From NCBI GenBank assembly GCA_949319575.1, contig CASGHD010000029.1, positions 2,977 through 66,976 on the forward strand: a DNA stretch of 64,000 nucleotides, read 5' to 3'. The notes beneath the pieces are model-generated. The model did no database searches. It worked only from the letters and a program-made list of their open reading frames with translations, and was not told the origin of the DNA. This stretch comes from an uncultured Anaerolineales bacterium. Its GTDB lineage: Bacteria; Chloroflexota; Anaerolineae; Anaerolineales; Villigracilaceae. Positions 14,745-23,357 of this stretch are shown here, one piece after another (the first letter of the stretch is position 1; every line of letters starts with the position of its first letter). A program made the position numbers and the translations under genes.

Positions 14745-14776
14745 GAAAAAGAACAAGCCCCCTTTCGGGGGCTTGT
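14745..14776 (-). terminator. Rho-independent terminator after the BY-kinase gene
   Basis: On the minus strand: acaagccccc-gaaa-gggggcttgt followed by a T-run (tcttttt), 7 nt after the stop at 14783. Confidence 0.75.
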
Positions 14777-14782
14777 CATTGC

Positions 14783-16537
14783 TTACTTGGATGATTTTGA
14801 CGATTTGGGTGATTTGCTTTTGAACCGATTGAACAGTGTTTTGCGCTGATCCTGAAAGCGGTCGAACGCGGTCTCCAGCGATGATTTGACATCAGGCGGA
14901 ACCTCGCCGCGCTCGAAGAACGCCAGCAGTTTCTTCGAGTTCGATTCCGGCTCCTCCGCCTTGGGCTCACTGCTGGAAACGTAATCGCTGTAATGCTGGG
15001 GAGAATACATAGACATGTACTGATAATCGCCGTACGTTTTCGCGTTGGTTTCCGAAACCTTATTAAACACGATACCGATCACCCGCGCGCCAGCGCGGCT
15101 CAACTGCTCTTTGATCACCTTTGCCTGATCGTCCTTTGTCAAGCCGGGCTCAATCACCAATACCACGCCATCTACTTTTGAGGCAAGGTTATACGAATCG
15201 GCAATGATCAAAGGCGGCGCATCCACGATGATCGTCTCGTATTCATCTCTTAATTCGTTCAAAATCGCGCCGATACGTTTGGAGTTGATAACCTCTGTAA
15301 TACTCGGCGGGATGTGCCCCGCTGTGATCACATCGATCCGTTTCCCTTTGACCGGTCTCACAACTTCTTTTGCGGCGATCCGCGCGTGGATGATATCCGC
15401 CAACCCCGGGTTCTGCGAGATCTTCAAGGCTTTGTGAACAGACGGGCGACGGAGATCAGAATCGACCAGGATCACCTTTTGGTCGCTCATGGCGAACGAA
15501 AGCGCGAGGTTTGCGGCAACCGTAGTCTTGCCGTTTCCCTGAACCGGGCTGGTCACCAGGATCGTCTTGGCAGAATTATAAGTTTGGAAGAACTCAAGGT
15601 TTGATTGCAACAGACGAAAATTTTCGGCAACGATCGAGTTCGGGTGGCTCAACACGTACGTTGCGTTATTGCCGTTTTCAGAGATCTGCGAAAGATAACC
15701 GATCACCGGCAGGTTGAAGATACGCTCCACATCGGAAGTCGTCTTGATCGTGCGGTCGAGATATTCCAACCCATACGCGGCGCCTGCCGAAAGCAATAAC
15801 CCAACCAAGCCCGCCAAGCCAATGATCAGAAGTTTGCTCGTGCCCTCAGATTTTGTGGGCAGGTTCGCAGGCTCCACGATCGTCAACGTATTCAACGCGC
15901 CTTGTTGAGAATTGGAAAGAAACGTTGCATAGTTATCCCGCAGGCTGGTCAGCTTAAGCGTCAGCGTTTGAATTTCTTTTTCGGTTTCAGCGATCTGACT
16001 CGTGCTCGTCTGAACATTCAAACTTGCCTGCAGGTCTTTGATTTCCTTGTCGGTCTCTTCGATCTGTTCCTGAAGACTCGCAAGTTGCTGGGTGATAAAT
16101 TCCTGCTGTTCCCCGCCTGTGCCGCTGACCGCCGGGCTTAATTTGATCAGCTGTTGCGCCAGTTCATTGGCAATCACCTGCGCCCGCCGGGGGTCCGTAT
16201 CGGTGACGGCGATCTCAACCAACTGGGTGTTCGGAATGATCCGCGATGTGTATTGCGGAAGCCAGTCGATTCCCAGCGCGGCTTTCGTGGCTTCCTGCAC
16301 CGGTTCGCGGCGCGCCATATCCGAGTAGATCGTCGCCAACTGCTGTGAGATCGAGATCTGCCCCGATTCCGGGTTGGGGTTGGAAATAGTGCTTCCCGTT
16401 ACCAGAGTGGTGCGGGAGATATATTGCGCCGGTTGAAACAACGTTGAGATCGAACTGGAAACAAGCGCCAGCACAGCGGTTACAGCGATCAACCGCCACC
16501 ATTTGATTAAGGGTTTGAGATAGGGATTAATATCCAT
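14783..16537 (-). CDS. Polysaccharide co-polymerase (Wzz domain) fused to BY-type tyrosine autokinase
   Basis: Two TMs flank a long coiled periplasmic-type region. Walker A GNGKTTVAANLA, A' VILVDSDLRRP, B IIVDAPP. Tyr cluster YGDYQYMSMYSPQHYSDY followed by a K/S-rich tail. The ATG at 16537 is preferred over the TTG at 16546. Confidence 0.88.
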   Translation of the reverse strand: MDINPYLKPLIKWWRLIAVTAVLALVSSSISTLFQPAQYISRTTLVTGSTISNPNPESGQISISQQLATIYSDMARREPVQEATKAALGIDWLPQYTSRIIPNTQLVEIAVTDTDPRRAQVIANELAQQLIKLSPAVSGTGGEQQEFITQQLASLQEQIEETDKEIKDLQASLNVQTSTSQIAETEKEIQTLTLKLTSLRDNYATFLSNSQQGALNTLTIVEPANLPTKSEGTSKLLIIGLAGLVGLLLSAGAAYGLEYLDRTIKTTSDVERIFNLPVIGYLSQISENGNNATYVLSHPNSIVAENFRLLQSNLEFFQTYNSAKTILVTSPVQGNGKTTVAANLALSFAMSDQKVILVDSDLRRPSVHKALKISQNPGLADIIHARIAAKEVVRPVKGKRIDVITAGHIPPSITEVINSKRIGAILNELRDEYETIIVDAPPLIIADSYNLASKVDGVVLVIEPGLTKDDQAKVIKEQLSRAGARVIGIVFNKVSETNAKTYGDYQYMSMYSPQHYSDYVSSSEPKAEEPESNSKKLLAFFERGEVPPDVKSSLETAFDRFQDQRKTLFNRFKSKSPKSSKSSK

Positions 16538-16669
16538 GTGAACCAATTCTTATCAATAGAATTATAGCAGGAGAAATAAAAATACCAGACGTTCTCCTCG
16601 AACTTCATGACGTTCCAACGTTAGAAAAGTTACCCCCCACACAGCGGGGCATGGTCGCTATACGCAAAC

Positions 16670-17887
16670 TTAGGCATTTGTGCCTGCCTGTTCAATGACG
16701 CCTTGATAAATGCGTATCAACTTTCCAGCCAAAGCAGTCCAATCGTGATGCTTTCGAACATACTCCAGCCCAGCCTGCCCCACCCGTTGTTGCAACGCTG
16801 GCTCCTCGATCAAACTTAATATTTCCCCGGAAAACTCTTCAGCTGTGTCTGCCACGAGAACATCTTCTCCGGGTTTCGCCTGCAAAGCATTCATCGCCTT
16901 CATATTGGTTACCACGGGTGTTTTGCACGCCATCGCCTCAAGGATTTTGTTTTGGATTCCCGCGCCATACAATAACGGAACTGCCGCAACCGTTGCCTGT
17001 TGAAGATATGGGCGAATATCCGCGACAGTTCCCGTAACGATGATGCGCGGGTCAGCCTGCAACGCGGTGATATTCGCCGGCGGATCCTTCCCCACGATGA
17101 TCAATTTCACATTGGGGCGTTTCTCCCAAATTTTAGGCATGATCTCTCGAGCCAGAAAGTCCGCCATGGAAACATTAGCGTGATAACTCATCTTGCCGCT
17201 GAAGACGATCGTTTCCAGGTCGCGTTGAGCATCGGCGCCCGGGCGGAAATATTCCATATCCACCCCGTTGGGCAACACGGTCACCGCCGACGGGGTGTCT
17301 GAAGCAAGCCGTAGGAGGGCTTCTTTTTCAGCCTGCGAGGTGATCGTCACGTGATCGAACGCGGAAGACAGTTGACCTTCCCAATTTCGGGTTCGGTTCA
17401 AGTCCAGTGTGGAGATCAACCTGCCAAATACGCTGCGACTCTCCGATGAGGTCAACTCAAACAGGTGGCTGATGCAATCCACACTATCCCACACGACCGG
17501 CAGGCTGGGCATGCGGGAACGGATCGTTGTTCCAAACATCGAGCCGCGCAAATGTTCCACATGAACAACATCAAAGCAAGAAGAAGCGTCGCATAATTTG
17601 AAAAATCGCTCAACCAGCGTTGGATTCCAACTATAAACGGACTGCAACGGCTGCCGCGCAGGAAGAGCCGCAAGACTCTGCCAATAGGAACGCCACGCGG
17701 GTTGATGTTCGCGCACCACAGCATGGCACAGGCGTTTCAACGCTTTCGCGTCTTCAACATCGCCCTCGTTTGTCGTCACCGTAAAGACCGTCACTTCCGC
17801 GCCGAGGGCGGAAAGATGAGCGATCAGTTGATAGGGTCTAACCCGAATTAAATTCGGGACGTAGGGAACAAAATAGGCGATCTTCAT
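16670..17887 (-). CDS. Glycosyltransferase family 4 (GT-B)
   Basis: The ATG at 17887 (MKIAYFVPYVP) forms an ATGA overlap with the upstream stop. The C-terminal block LYGAGIQNKILEAMACKTPVV is GT4-type. Confidence 0.85.
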   Translation of the reverse strand: MKIAYFVPYVPNLIRVRPYQLIAHLSALGAEVTVFTVTTNEGDVEDAKALKRLCHAVVREHQPAWRSYWQSLAALPARQPLQSVYSWNPTLVERFFKLCDASSCFDVVHVEHLRGSMFGTTIRSRMPSLPVVWDSVDCISHLFELTSSESRSVFGRLISTLDLNRTRNWEGQLSSAFDHVTITSQAEKEALLRLASDTPSAVTVLPNGVDMEYFRPGADAQRDLETIVFSGKMSYHANVSMADFLAREIMPKIWEKRPNVKLIIVGKDPPANITALQADPRIIVTGTVADIRPYLQQATVAAVPLLYGAGIQNKILEAMACKTPVVTNMKAMNALQAKPGEDVLVADTAEEFSGEILSLIEEPALQQRVGQAGLEYVRKHHDWTALAGKLIRIYQGVIEQAGTNA

Positions 17888-18657
17888 GCCGGGCTGGAAA
17901 ACATCGACCGTAAGCGAAGCCGATGCATCAGGAGTCTGTATTGAAAACGCAAGTGCGATTTGATCGTGCGCCACAATTTCGCCTTGGAAACCCCGAACAT
18001 GCGGCTGTGTAACGCGGCGGGAAACTCAACGACCTTGAATCCCTTGAGCATGGCTTTAACCATTAACTCGGTCCCGCCGAGATAATCATCCGCCTCGAAC
18101 TGCACTTGTTCGACCACCCTGCGACGATATCCTCGAAACAAGGCTGTATATGTGTAGATATTCCAGTTTAACAAAATTCGATACAGAAGAGACGAGCCTT
18201 TGCTAAGGAAGATCCTGTAGCCGGGCACTCCAACCACCTCCCCGTCCGGGTGATACGGCGAAGCGGTCACCACATCCACATTGTGCTGGAAGCAAGCCAG
18301 CAGGGCTGGGATGGTTGCAAATTTATACGTTCCATCGCTATCGGTTGTGAGGACGATGTCGCCGGTCGAAGCCTGCAACCCGGTCCGAATCGCCGCGCCA
18401 AGTCCGCGATTCACTTCGTGTTTCTCAAACTTGATCGGCAATTTCTGGCTGGAGCGGGAAGCAAAGGCAGTCTTGAGCGCGTGATAGGTATTGTCCCTGC
18501 TCCCATCATCGACAAAAACCACCTCCACAGATGCCACAGTATCGCCGCCCGGCAACTTGCTTCCGATCAGGCTTTCGGCAACGGGAAATAACTCCGCGTC
18601 CAACTTTTCGATATTATCCTCTTCATTAAAACAGGGAACAACTATGGATATGTTCAT
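17884..18657 (-). CDS. GT2 polyprenyl-phosphate glycosyltransferase (DPM1/ArnC/GtrB-like)
   Basis: ISIVVPCFNEEDNI, VVFVDDGSRDNT, LTTDSDGT (DxD). The ~257-aa size is typical of Dpm1/GtrB-type enzymes. Confidence 0.85.
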   Translation of the reverse strand: MNISIVVPCFNEEDNIEKLDAELFPVAESLIGSKLPGGDTVASVEVVFVDDGSRDNTYHALKTAFASRSSQKLPIKFEKHEVNRGLGAAIRTGLQASTGDIVLTTDSDGTYKFATIPALLACFQHNVDVVTASPYHPDGEVVGVPGYRIFLSKGSSLLYRILLNWNIYTYTALFRGYRRRVVEQVQFEADDYLGGTELMVKAMLKGFKVVEFPAALHSRMFGVSKAKLWRTIKSHLRFQYRLLMHRLRLRSMFSSPA

Positions 18658-18667
18658 TTATACCTTT

Positions 18668-20197
18668 TCATTCTTCACGAGGGTTGATTTTGTACAATGT
18701 GTAATTTTCAATGGTAATTACAGAGACACAACAGCCGCCTGCTAGAAATTCGGCATACATCCCAGTCCATTTCGAAAATGGTCCGTCGATCAGGTATTCT
18801 GGACGATAGACCGTCGGGTCATAGGTTTCGCCCGAAGCCTCGCCAAACTGAGTCTCTGCGGTCTTGAGGTCGACCCAACGATTGACAGGATGATGATACG
18901 TCTGATCCGGGGTCAACAGATCGATCTCCCATTCCCACGATTCGATCACCGCGCCCGCGGGAATGTTTTGGGTAATGTACCCGGCAAACTTCTCCGGTGT
19001 CGCATCGTATTTGACATCGATATCTTGTATTTGATGGAACAGACCCATCCCTGCCCAAGCCAAACCCGCCAACAGGAAGAACGAACTTGCGTACAGGGAG
19101 GGTTGCCGCAGAGTTAAGCCGCTTCCTCGCGTGTTCCAGGATTTACGGATGAAGAAGTAAAATCGATAAAAAGCCTCGCCAGAAAAGACAAGCCCGATGG
19201 AAAAAGCCTCAAACATATAACGGGTCCACCCGACTGATGCAAAGCAATACCACATGACCCAAACCGAGACGAACACAGCCAGCATGAATCTCCCCAACCC
19301 AACTATTGTTCGTTCGCGGCTTTCCAGAAATGAAAAAGCCAAGCCAGGGACAACAAAAAACAAAAACCCAGACCGGATTAGGTACCAAATATTTCCCGGT
19401 ATGCGCCCCGGTCGAAACGCCAGGATGGTCACTTCCGCGCTCGAGTTAAGGGCGGCGATATGAGCGTCAAAATTTTCAGCGCCGACAAGTTTGTATTGAA
19501 CGCCAAACCATAAGGCAGCGCAGGCAAGCATCACCGCCAAAACAAGTATGCTATATGTGGGTCGGATCTGTTTGTAATAAAAATAATCCGCGGTAATTGC
19601 CAACGCCAAAACAGGCACAAATATCCAATACTGTCCCTTCGTCACCAGCGCCAGCCCGAAAAACAAACCCGCGAGGATCGCGTAATACGCTTGTTTCGTT
19701 TTCCCAAGCGCAAGATAAAAGAGAAATCCAATAAAAAAATACATCAGGGCGGGGACATTGCCCAATGCCTGCCTGCCATAAAACAAGAAGCCTTCATCTG
19801 GGGCCGACAACAACAGGAGCATTGAAATCAAGGCGGATGGCAGACTATACAGCGCGGAAGAGATACGAAAAAACATCCAAGCCGCTGCAATAAAAAATAC
19901 TACGGCAACAACCCGCGCTTGCAATAAGCCCACGCCAAAGACCTTGAACACAACCGCCATCGGGATGATCAGTCCGGGACCATTCGCGATCAACGGCTGG
20001 TCGAGCGTTCGAAACCCTTCCGCAGACCGCATGGCGTACTGCCCGTAGTTGACCAAATTCAACGAGCCCTGCAGAGCCAGTCCCTCGTCAAACCAGGTGA
20101 CAGGGTAATAAGGCTGATTATAAATTCCCAACACCAGCAGAAAAAAAAACGCCGGGGCGATAAAAAGTCGCCGCAAATTAATCGCTTTCCAATCCAT
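18668..20197 (-). CDS. GT-C fold membrane glycosyltransferase (PMT/ArnT, GT39-like), paralogue A
   Basis: Multi-TM N-terminal half, a soluble C-terminal domain and a conserved N-terminal loop WFDEGLALQG. The ATG at 20197 is preferred over the TTG at 20215. Confidence 0.75.
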   Translation of the reverse strand: MDWKAINLRRLFIAPAFFFLLVLGIYNQPYYPVTWFDEGLALQGSLNLVNYGQYAMRSAEGFRTLDQPLIANGPGLIIPMAVVFKVFGVGLLQARVVAVVFFIAAAWMFFRISSALYSLPSALISMLLLLSAPDEGFLFYGRQALGNVPALMYFFIGFLFYLALGKTKQAYYAILAGLFFGLALVTKGQYWIFVPVLALAITADYFYYKQIRPTYSILVLAVMLACAALWFGVQYKLVGAENFDAHIAALNSSAEVTILAFRPGRIPGNIWYLIRSGFLFFVVPGLAFSFLESRERTIVGLGRFMLAVFVSVWVMWYCFASVGWTRYMFEAFSIGLVFSGEAFYRFYFFIRKSWNTRGSGLTLRQPSLYASSFFLLAGLAWAGMGLFHQIQDIDVKYDATPEKFAGYITQNIPAGAVIESWEWEIDLLTPDQTYHHPVNRWVDLKTAETQFGEASGETYDPTVYRPEYLIDGPFSKWTGMYAEFLAGGCCVSVITIENYTLYKINPREE

Positions 20198-20218
20198 GTA
20201 AGAGATCCGATACAAATG

Positions 20219-21763
20219 CTACGGCGTGTATTGATATAAATACCTTGGATACTCAAGGTTGTAGCGTTTGGGCAGTGTAGACAGCGCGGCAAACCTGTCG
20301 CCCAGGTCTGTTGTAAGATGGTAGTCCTCCAACAGGAAGAAAAGGAGCGGGTCGTTCTCCAGCGGGTAATTAGTCAGGATGTAGGCGGTTCCCTCCGGAC
20401 GTATGACCGGGTCCAGTAATCCCTGAACGATTCTCACATCCGCATCCTCCGCGCCGGGACCGCGAACCAGATCTTCCATTGGCACCCAATGGACAGCGGG
20501 AGCGAACGCATAACCGTCCTCCAACTGCCCCACCCACGGAGCGAAGACGGGGCCATCGAGGGAATTCAAATATCCGACGAAGTCCTGATAGGCTTCATCG
20601 GCTTGCGACGAAACGACGACAGAGGCCGGGTTGTAAAAGAACAAGGCAAACGATAAACCCAACGCCGCCAGATGTAGCGACCATTTGCGCGCAACCTGAT
20701 ACTCGCCGAGGAACGCCGCCATGCCAAGCGCGCCTGTAAGTATGAACCATGTTCCCATCGGGATGAAAACGTTATTGTTCGAACCCGGGTCGAGCGCGCC
20801 CATAAAACCGCTGAGCAAGGCAAAGGGCAGGGTGAAATACCAAATGCCCGCCTTGCTCTTCTGCTTGAACAGATACACAGCCGATGCAACTATGCCGATG
20901 ACGGCAAGAGCAAAGTAATTCGTCACGATAAAAACGACATAGCGTATCACGGCGTCGGCATTGAGATGGCTCCAGCCGCCGGGCACTGTCAGGGTATAGT
21001 AATGGAACAGCGAACCAAAGAACAGCGCCGGCGCAAGCAGGTAAAGAAGAGGTCCGAGCGCCCCGGCGATAACCCAATACGGCAGCGAATTCTTCAAGCC
21101 GTCGCGCCATGTGAGATATAACACGCCCCCGATAACGAACAATGCGCCATGTTGCTTGAACCAGAACGAAGCGACGAGTACCAACACGCCCAGCCCATTG
21201 ACCGAACGGGATTTGTTCAATGAGATTAAATAACTCCCCAGCAGCGCGCAAAACAACAGCCACGAATCGGAATGGGCATTATCGAGGTAGGTGTCCATCA
21301 CGCGATAGGCGGCGGCGAATAAACCCACAGCGACGATCCCCCACCACGCGGATTGTGTCTCCTTTTTGACAGCGAGAAAGATGACGATCTCCGCGCCGAG
21401 CATTCCAAGAATGGCTACCAGCCTCAACGTAAAAAGGTTCGCTCCCAACAACCACGCAAACGGGATCGAAAAATAGTAATACAACGGAGCATACGCCAGC
21501 GGCACAAAGCCCGGCGACGGCTCAACGTAGACTGGCTGACCCGCCACCGCCCGCTGAAAATGTTGGACGACCGTCAACTCCATGGCTTCAAGATTCAATG
21601 GAAAATTGACATGGTTGACCCAAAGATATGCCATGAACAGAATCCAAGCGCCCGCATAGATGGCAACCAGGTTCAGAAAAATACCCGATAACTTCGACTC
21701 GCGCCGAAGCCCGAGAAGTATTCCTCCGCCAAATACCAGCAGAATCAACAATTTAATCAGCAT
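20219..21763 (-). CDS. GT-C fold membrane glycosyltransferase (PMT/ArnT-like), paralogue B
   Basis: 514 aa with more than 10 predicted TM helices plus a C-terminal soluble domain. Gaps of 3 nt to both neighbours. Confidence 0.7.
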   Translation of the reverse strand: MLIKLLILLVFGGGILLGLRRESKLSGIFLNLVAIYAGAWILFMAYLWVNHVNFPLNLEAMELTVVQHFQRAVAGQPVYVEPSPGFVPLAYAPLYYYFSIPFAWLLGANLFTLRLVAILGMLGAEIVIFLAVKKETQSAWWGIVAVGLFAAAYRVMDTYLDNAHSDSWLLFCALLGSYLISLNKSRSVNGLGVLVLVASFWFKQHGALFVIGGVLYLTWRDGLKNSLPYWVIAGALGPLLYLLAPALFFGSLFHYYTLTVPGGWSHLNADAVIRYVVFIVTNYFALAVIGIVASAVYLFKQKSKAGIWYFTLPFALLSGFMGALDPGSNNNVFIPMGTWFILTGALGMAAFLGEYQVARKWSLHLAALGLSFALFFYNPASVVVSSQADEAYQDFVGYLNSLDGPVFAPWVGQLEDGYAFAPAVHWVPMEDLVRGPGAEDADVRIVQGLLDPVIRPEGTAYILTNYPLENDPLLFFLLEDYHLTTDLGDRFAALSTLPKRYNLEYPRYLYQYTP

Positions 21764-21766
21764 GGT

Positions 21767-23296
21767 TTACTTTTCGATCCGCTGATAGAGATCATAGTCG
21801 CCGAACGTCTGCGCCCATTTGTAGTGTTCGAATACATATTCCACCGGGTAGATCAGCGTCCACTTGGAGAACTCGCCGACAAGGATGTAATCGGGATTCT
21901 CAGTTTCAACGAATGAGTAACGATCCCTCACCGGTTCGCCGCCGTAGTAGACCTGGTTCACAGCCACCGCGAGCAATTCGTTTTGCGGATAATGGTAGTT
22001 GTGGTTTGTCAGGAAGCCGATCTCAGGCTCCCAGGTTTCGATGACCGCCGACTCGGGAACATTGGCGTTGAGATAGTCTGCCATGAGCCGGGCGTTGTTC
22101 GGGCCGGGGAACGCGATCTCTGAAACATCCTTTGCAAGCGGAATCGCAATGATGGCAACCAGCCATAAGGTCAGGGCGAAGCGGGCGGCGTTCTTCGCGT
22201 CAAACAGCGAACGGAAATATCCTCCGCTCCAGTCGAAGTGGAAACCGTCTGTCAGGCTGTGGAAGAAGCGGGCGATGAAAATGCTGGAGAGGGTAAGACC
22301 GAGGAAGGCGTAGCGAATCCAGCCGATGGAGGCGACAATGAACCACACTAGATTAAGCGCGATCATGAGGAAGAGCACGCTGAACTTTTGCCCCTCACGG
22401 GTGCGAGGCGCGGACACAAAGAAAGCATAGATCAGGGCGGGCAACAAGGCTTCGAGATACACCGCCCGCGAACTGAGCGCGCCCACATTGGCGGCGAGTT
22501 GCGCAAGGTTGAAGTTGAACGCGGCGCCTTCGGCGGAGGCTTGCAATAATGCCAGATTTTCGGTCATCGTGGCGGGGCCGAGATACATCAACGTAAACAC
22601 CTGCCAGATGCCGAAACTGCCCGCCGCCACAATGCCGGGGATGAGAAAATTCTTGTGGGAAGAGGTTTTGTAATAAAAAATATCCAGCCCCCACGAGAGG
22701 ATCAGGGTTGGGGCGAGGAAAAGCAGGTATTGATATTTGGTGATCATCGCCAGCCCGAAGAACAAGCCGATCGTCACCAGCCGTTTTGCATCGTTTTCAT
22801 TCCATTTGGCGAACCAGAGATAGAGGGCGAGAGCCAGAAAGAAAAAGCCCGGCACTTCCCCCAATAGTTGACGCCCATATTCCAAAAATAACACGCTCCG
22901 CGAGGATAAGATCAACGCCAGGGCGACCCATGCCACTGCCTTGCCAGAGAGATGCTCCGCCAGTTTGAAAAAGATGTAGCACGCCGCCAACAGGTACAAC
23001 GCCATCACGAACCGCGCCTGAAGCAAGCCGATGCCAAAGATTTTAAATGCCGCCGCGATGGGAAGCATCACCGTAGGACCAACGCCAATGGTGGGACCGT
23101 AATAGCGGAACCCGTCACTGCTGATATCGGCGTACTCGCCATATTGCGCCAGCGTTTTCGGCACATGCAAGTGCGAGCCTTCGTCGAACCACGGGGCGGG
23201 GTAGCGCGTCAGGTTATGGAGCGCAAAGAAATACACCAGCAGGATTCCAAGCGCAACGAGAAGCGTCTTTCGATTAGTGGATAGGAATTGTGACAT
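21767..23296 (-). CDS. GT-C fold membrane glycosyltransferase (PMT/ArnT, GT39-like), paralogue C
   Basis: Clear paralogue of 18668-20197 (WFDEGSHLHV..., GIGLLQARFV, ETWEPEIGFLT vs ESWEWEIDLLT). SD GGAGAG before the ATG. Confidence 0.78.
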   Translation of the reverse strand: MSQFLSTNRKTLLVALGILLVYFFALHNLTRYPAPWFDEGSHLHVPKTLAQYGEYADISSDGFRYYGPTIGVGPTVMLPIAAAFKIFGIGLLQARFVMALYLLAACYIFFKLAEHLSGKAVAWVALALILSSRSVLFLEYGRQLLGEVPGFFFLALALYLWFAKWNENDAKRLVTIGLFFGLAMITKYQYLLFLAPTLILSWGLDIFYYKTSSHKNFLIPGIVAAGSFGIWQVFTLMYLGPATMTENLALLQASAEGAAFNFNLAQLAANVGALSSRAVYLEALLPALIYAFFVSAPRTREGQKFSVLFLMIALNLVWFIVASIGWIRYAFLGLTLSSIFIARFFHSLTDGFHFDWSGGYFRSLFDAKNAARFALTLWLVAIIAIPLAKDVSEIAFPGPNNARLMADYLNANVPESAVIETWEPEIGFLTNHNYHYPQNELLAVAVNQVYYGGEPVRDRYSFVETENPDYILVGEFSKWTLIYPVEYVFEHYKWAQTFGDYDLYQRIEK

Positions 23297-23357
23297 ACTT
23301 TCTCTCCGAAGGCTGAAACAAATAAACTGTATTGTATCCCCCCATCGTTTGGGGTTG

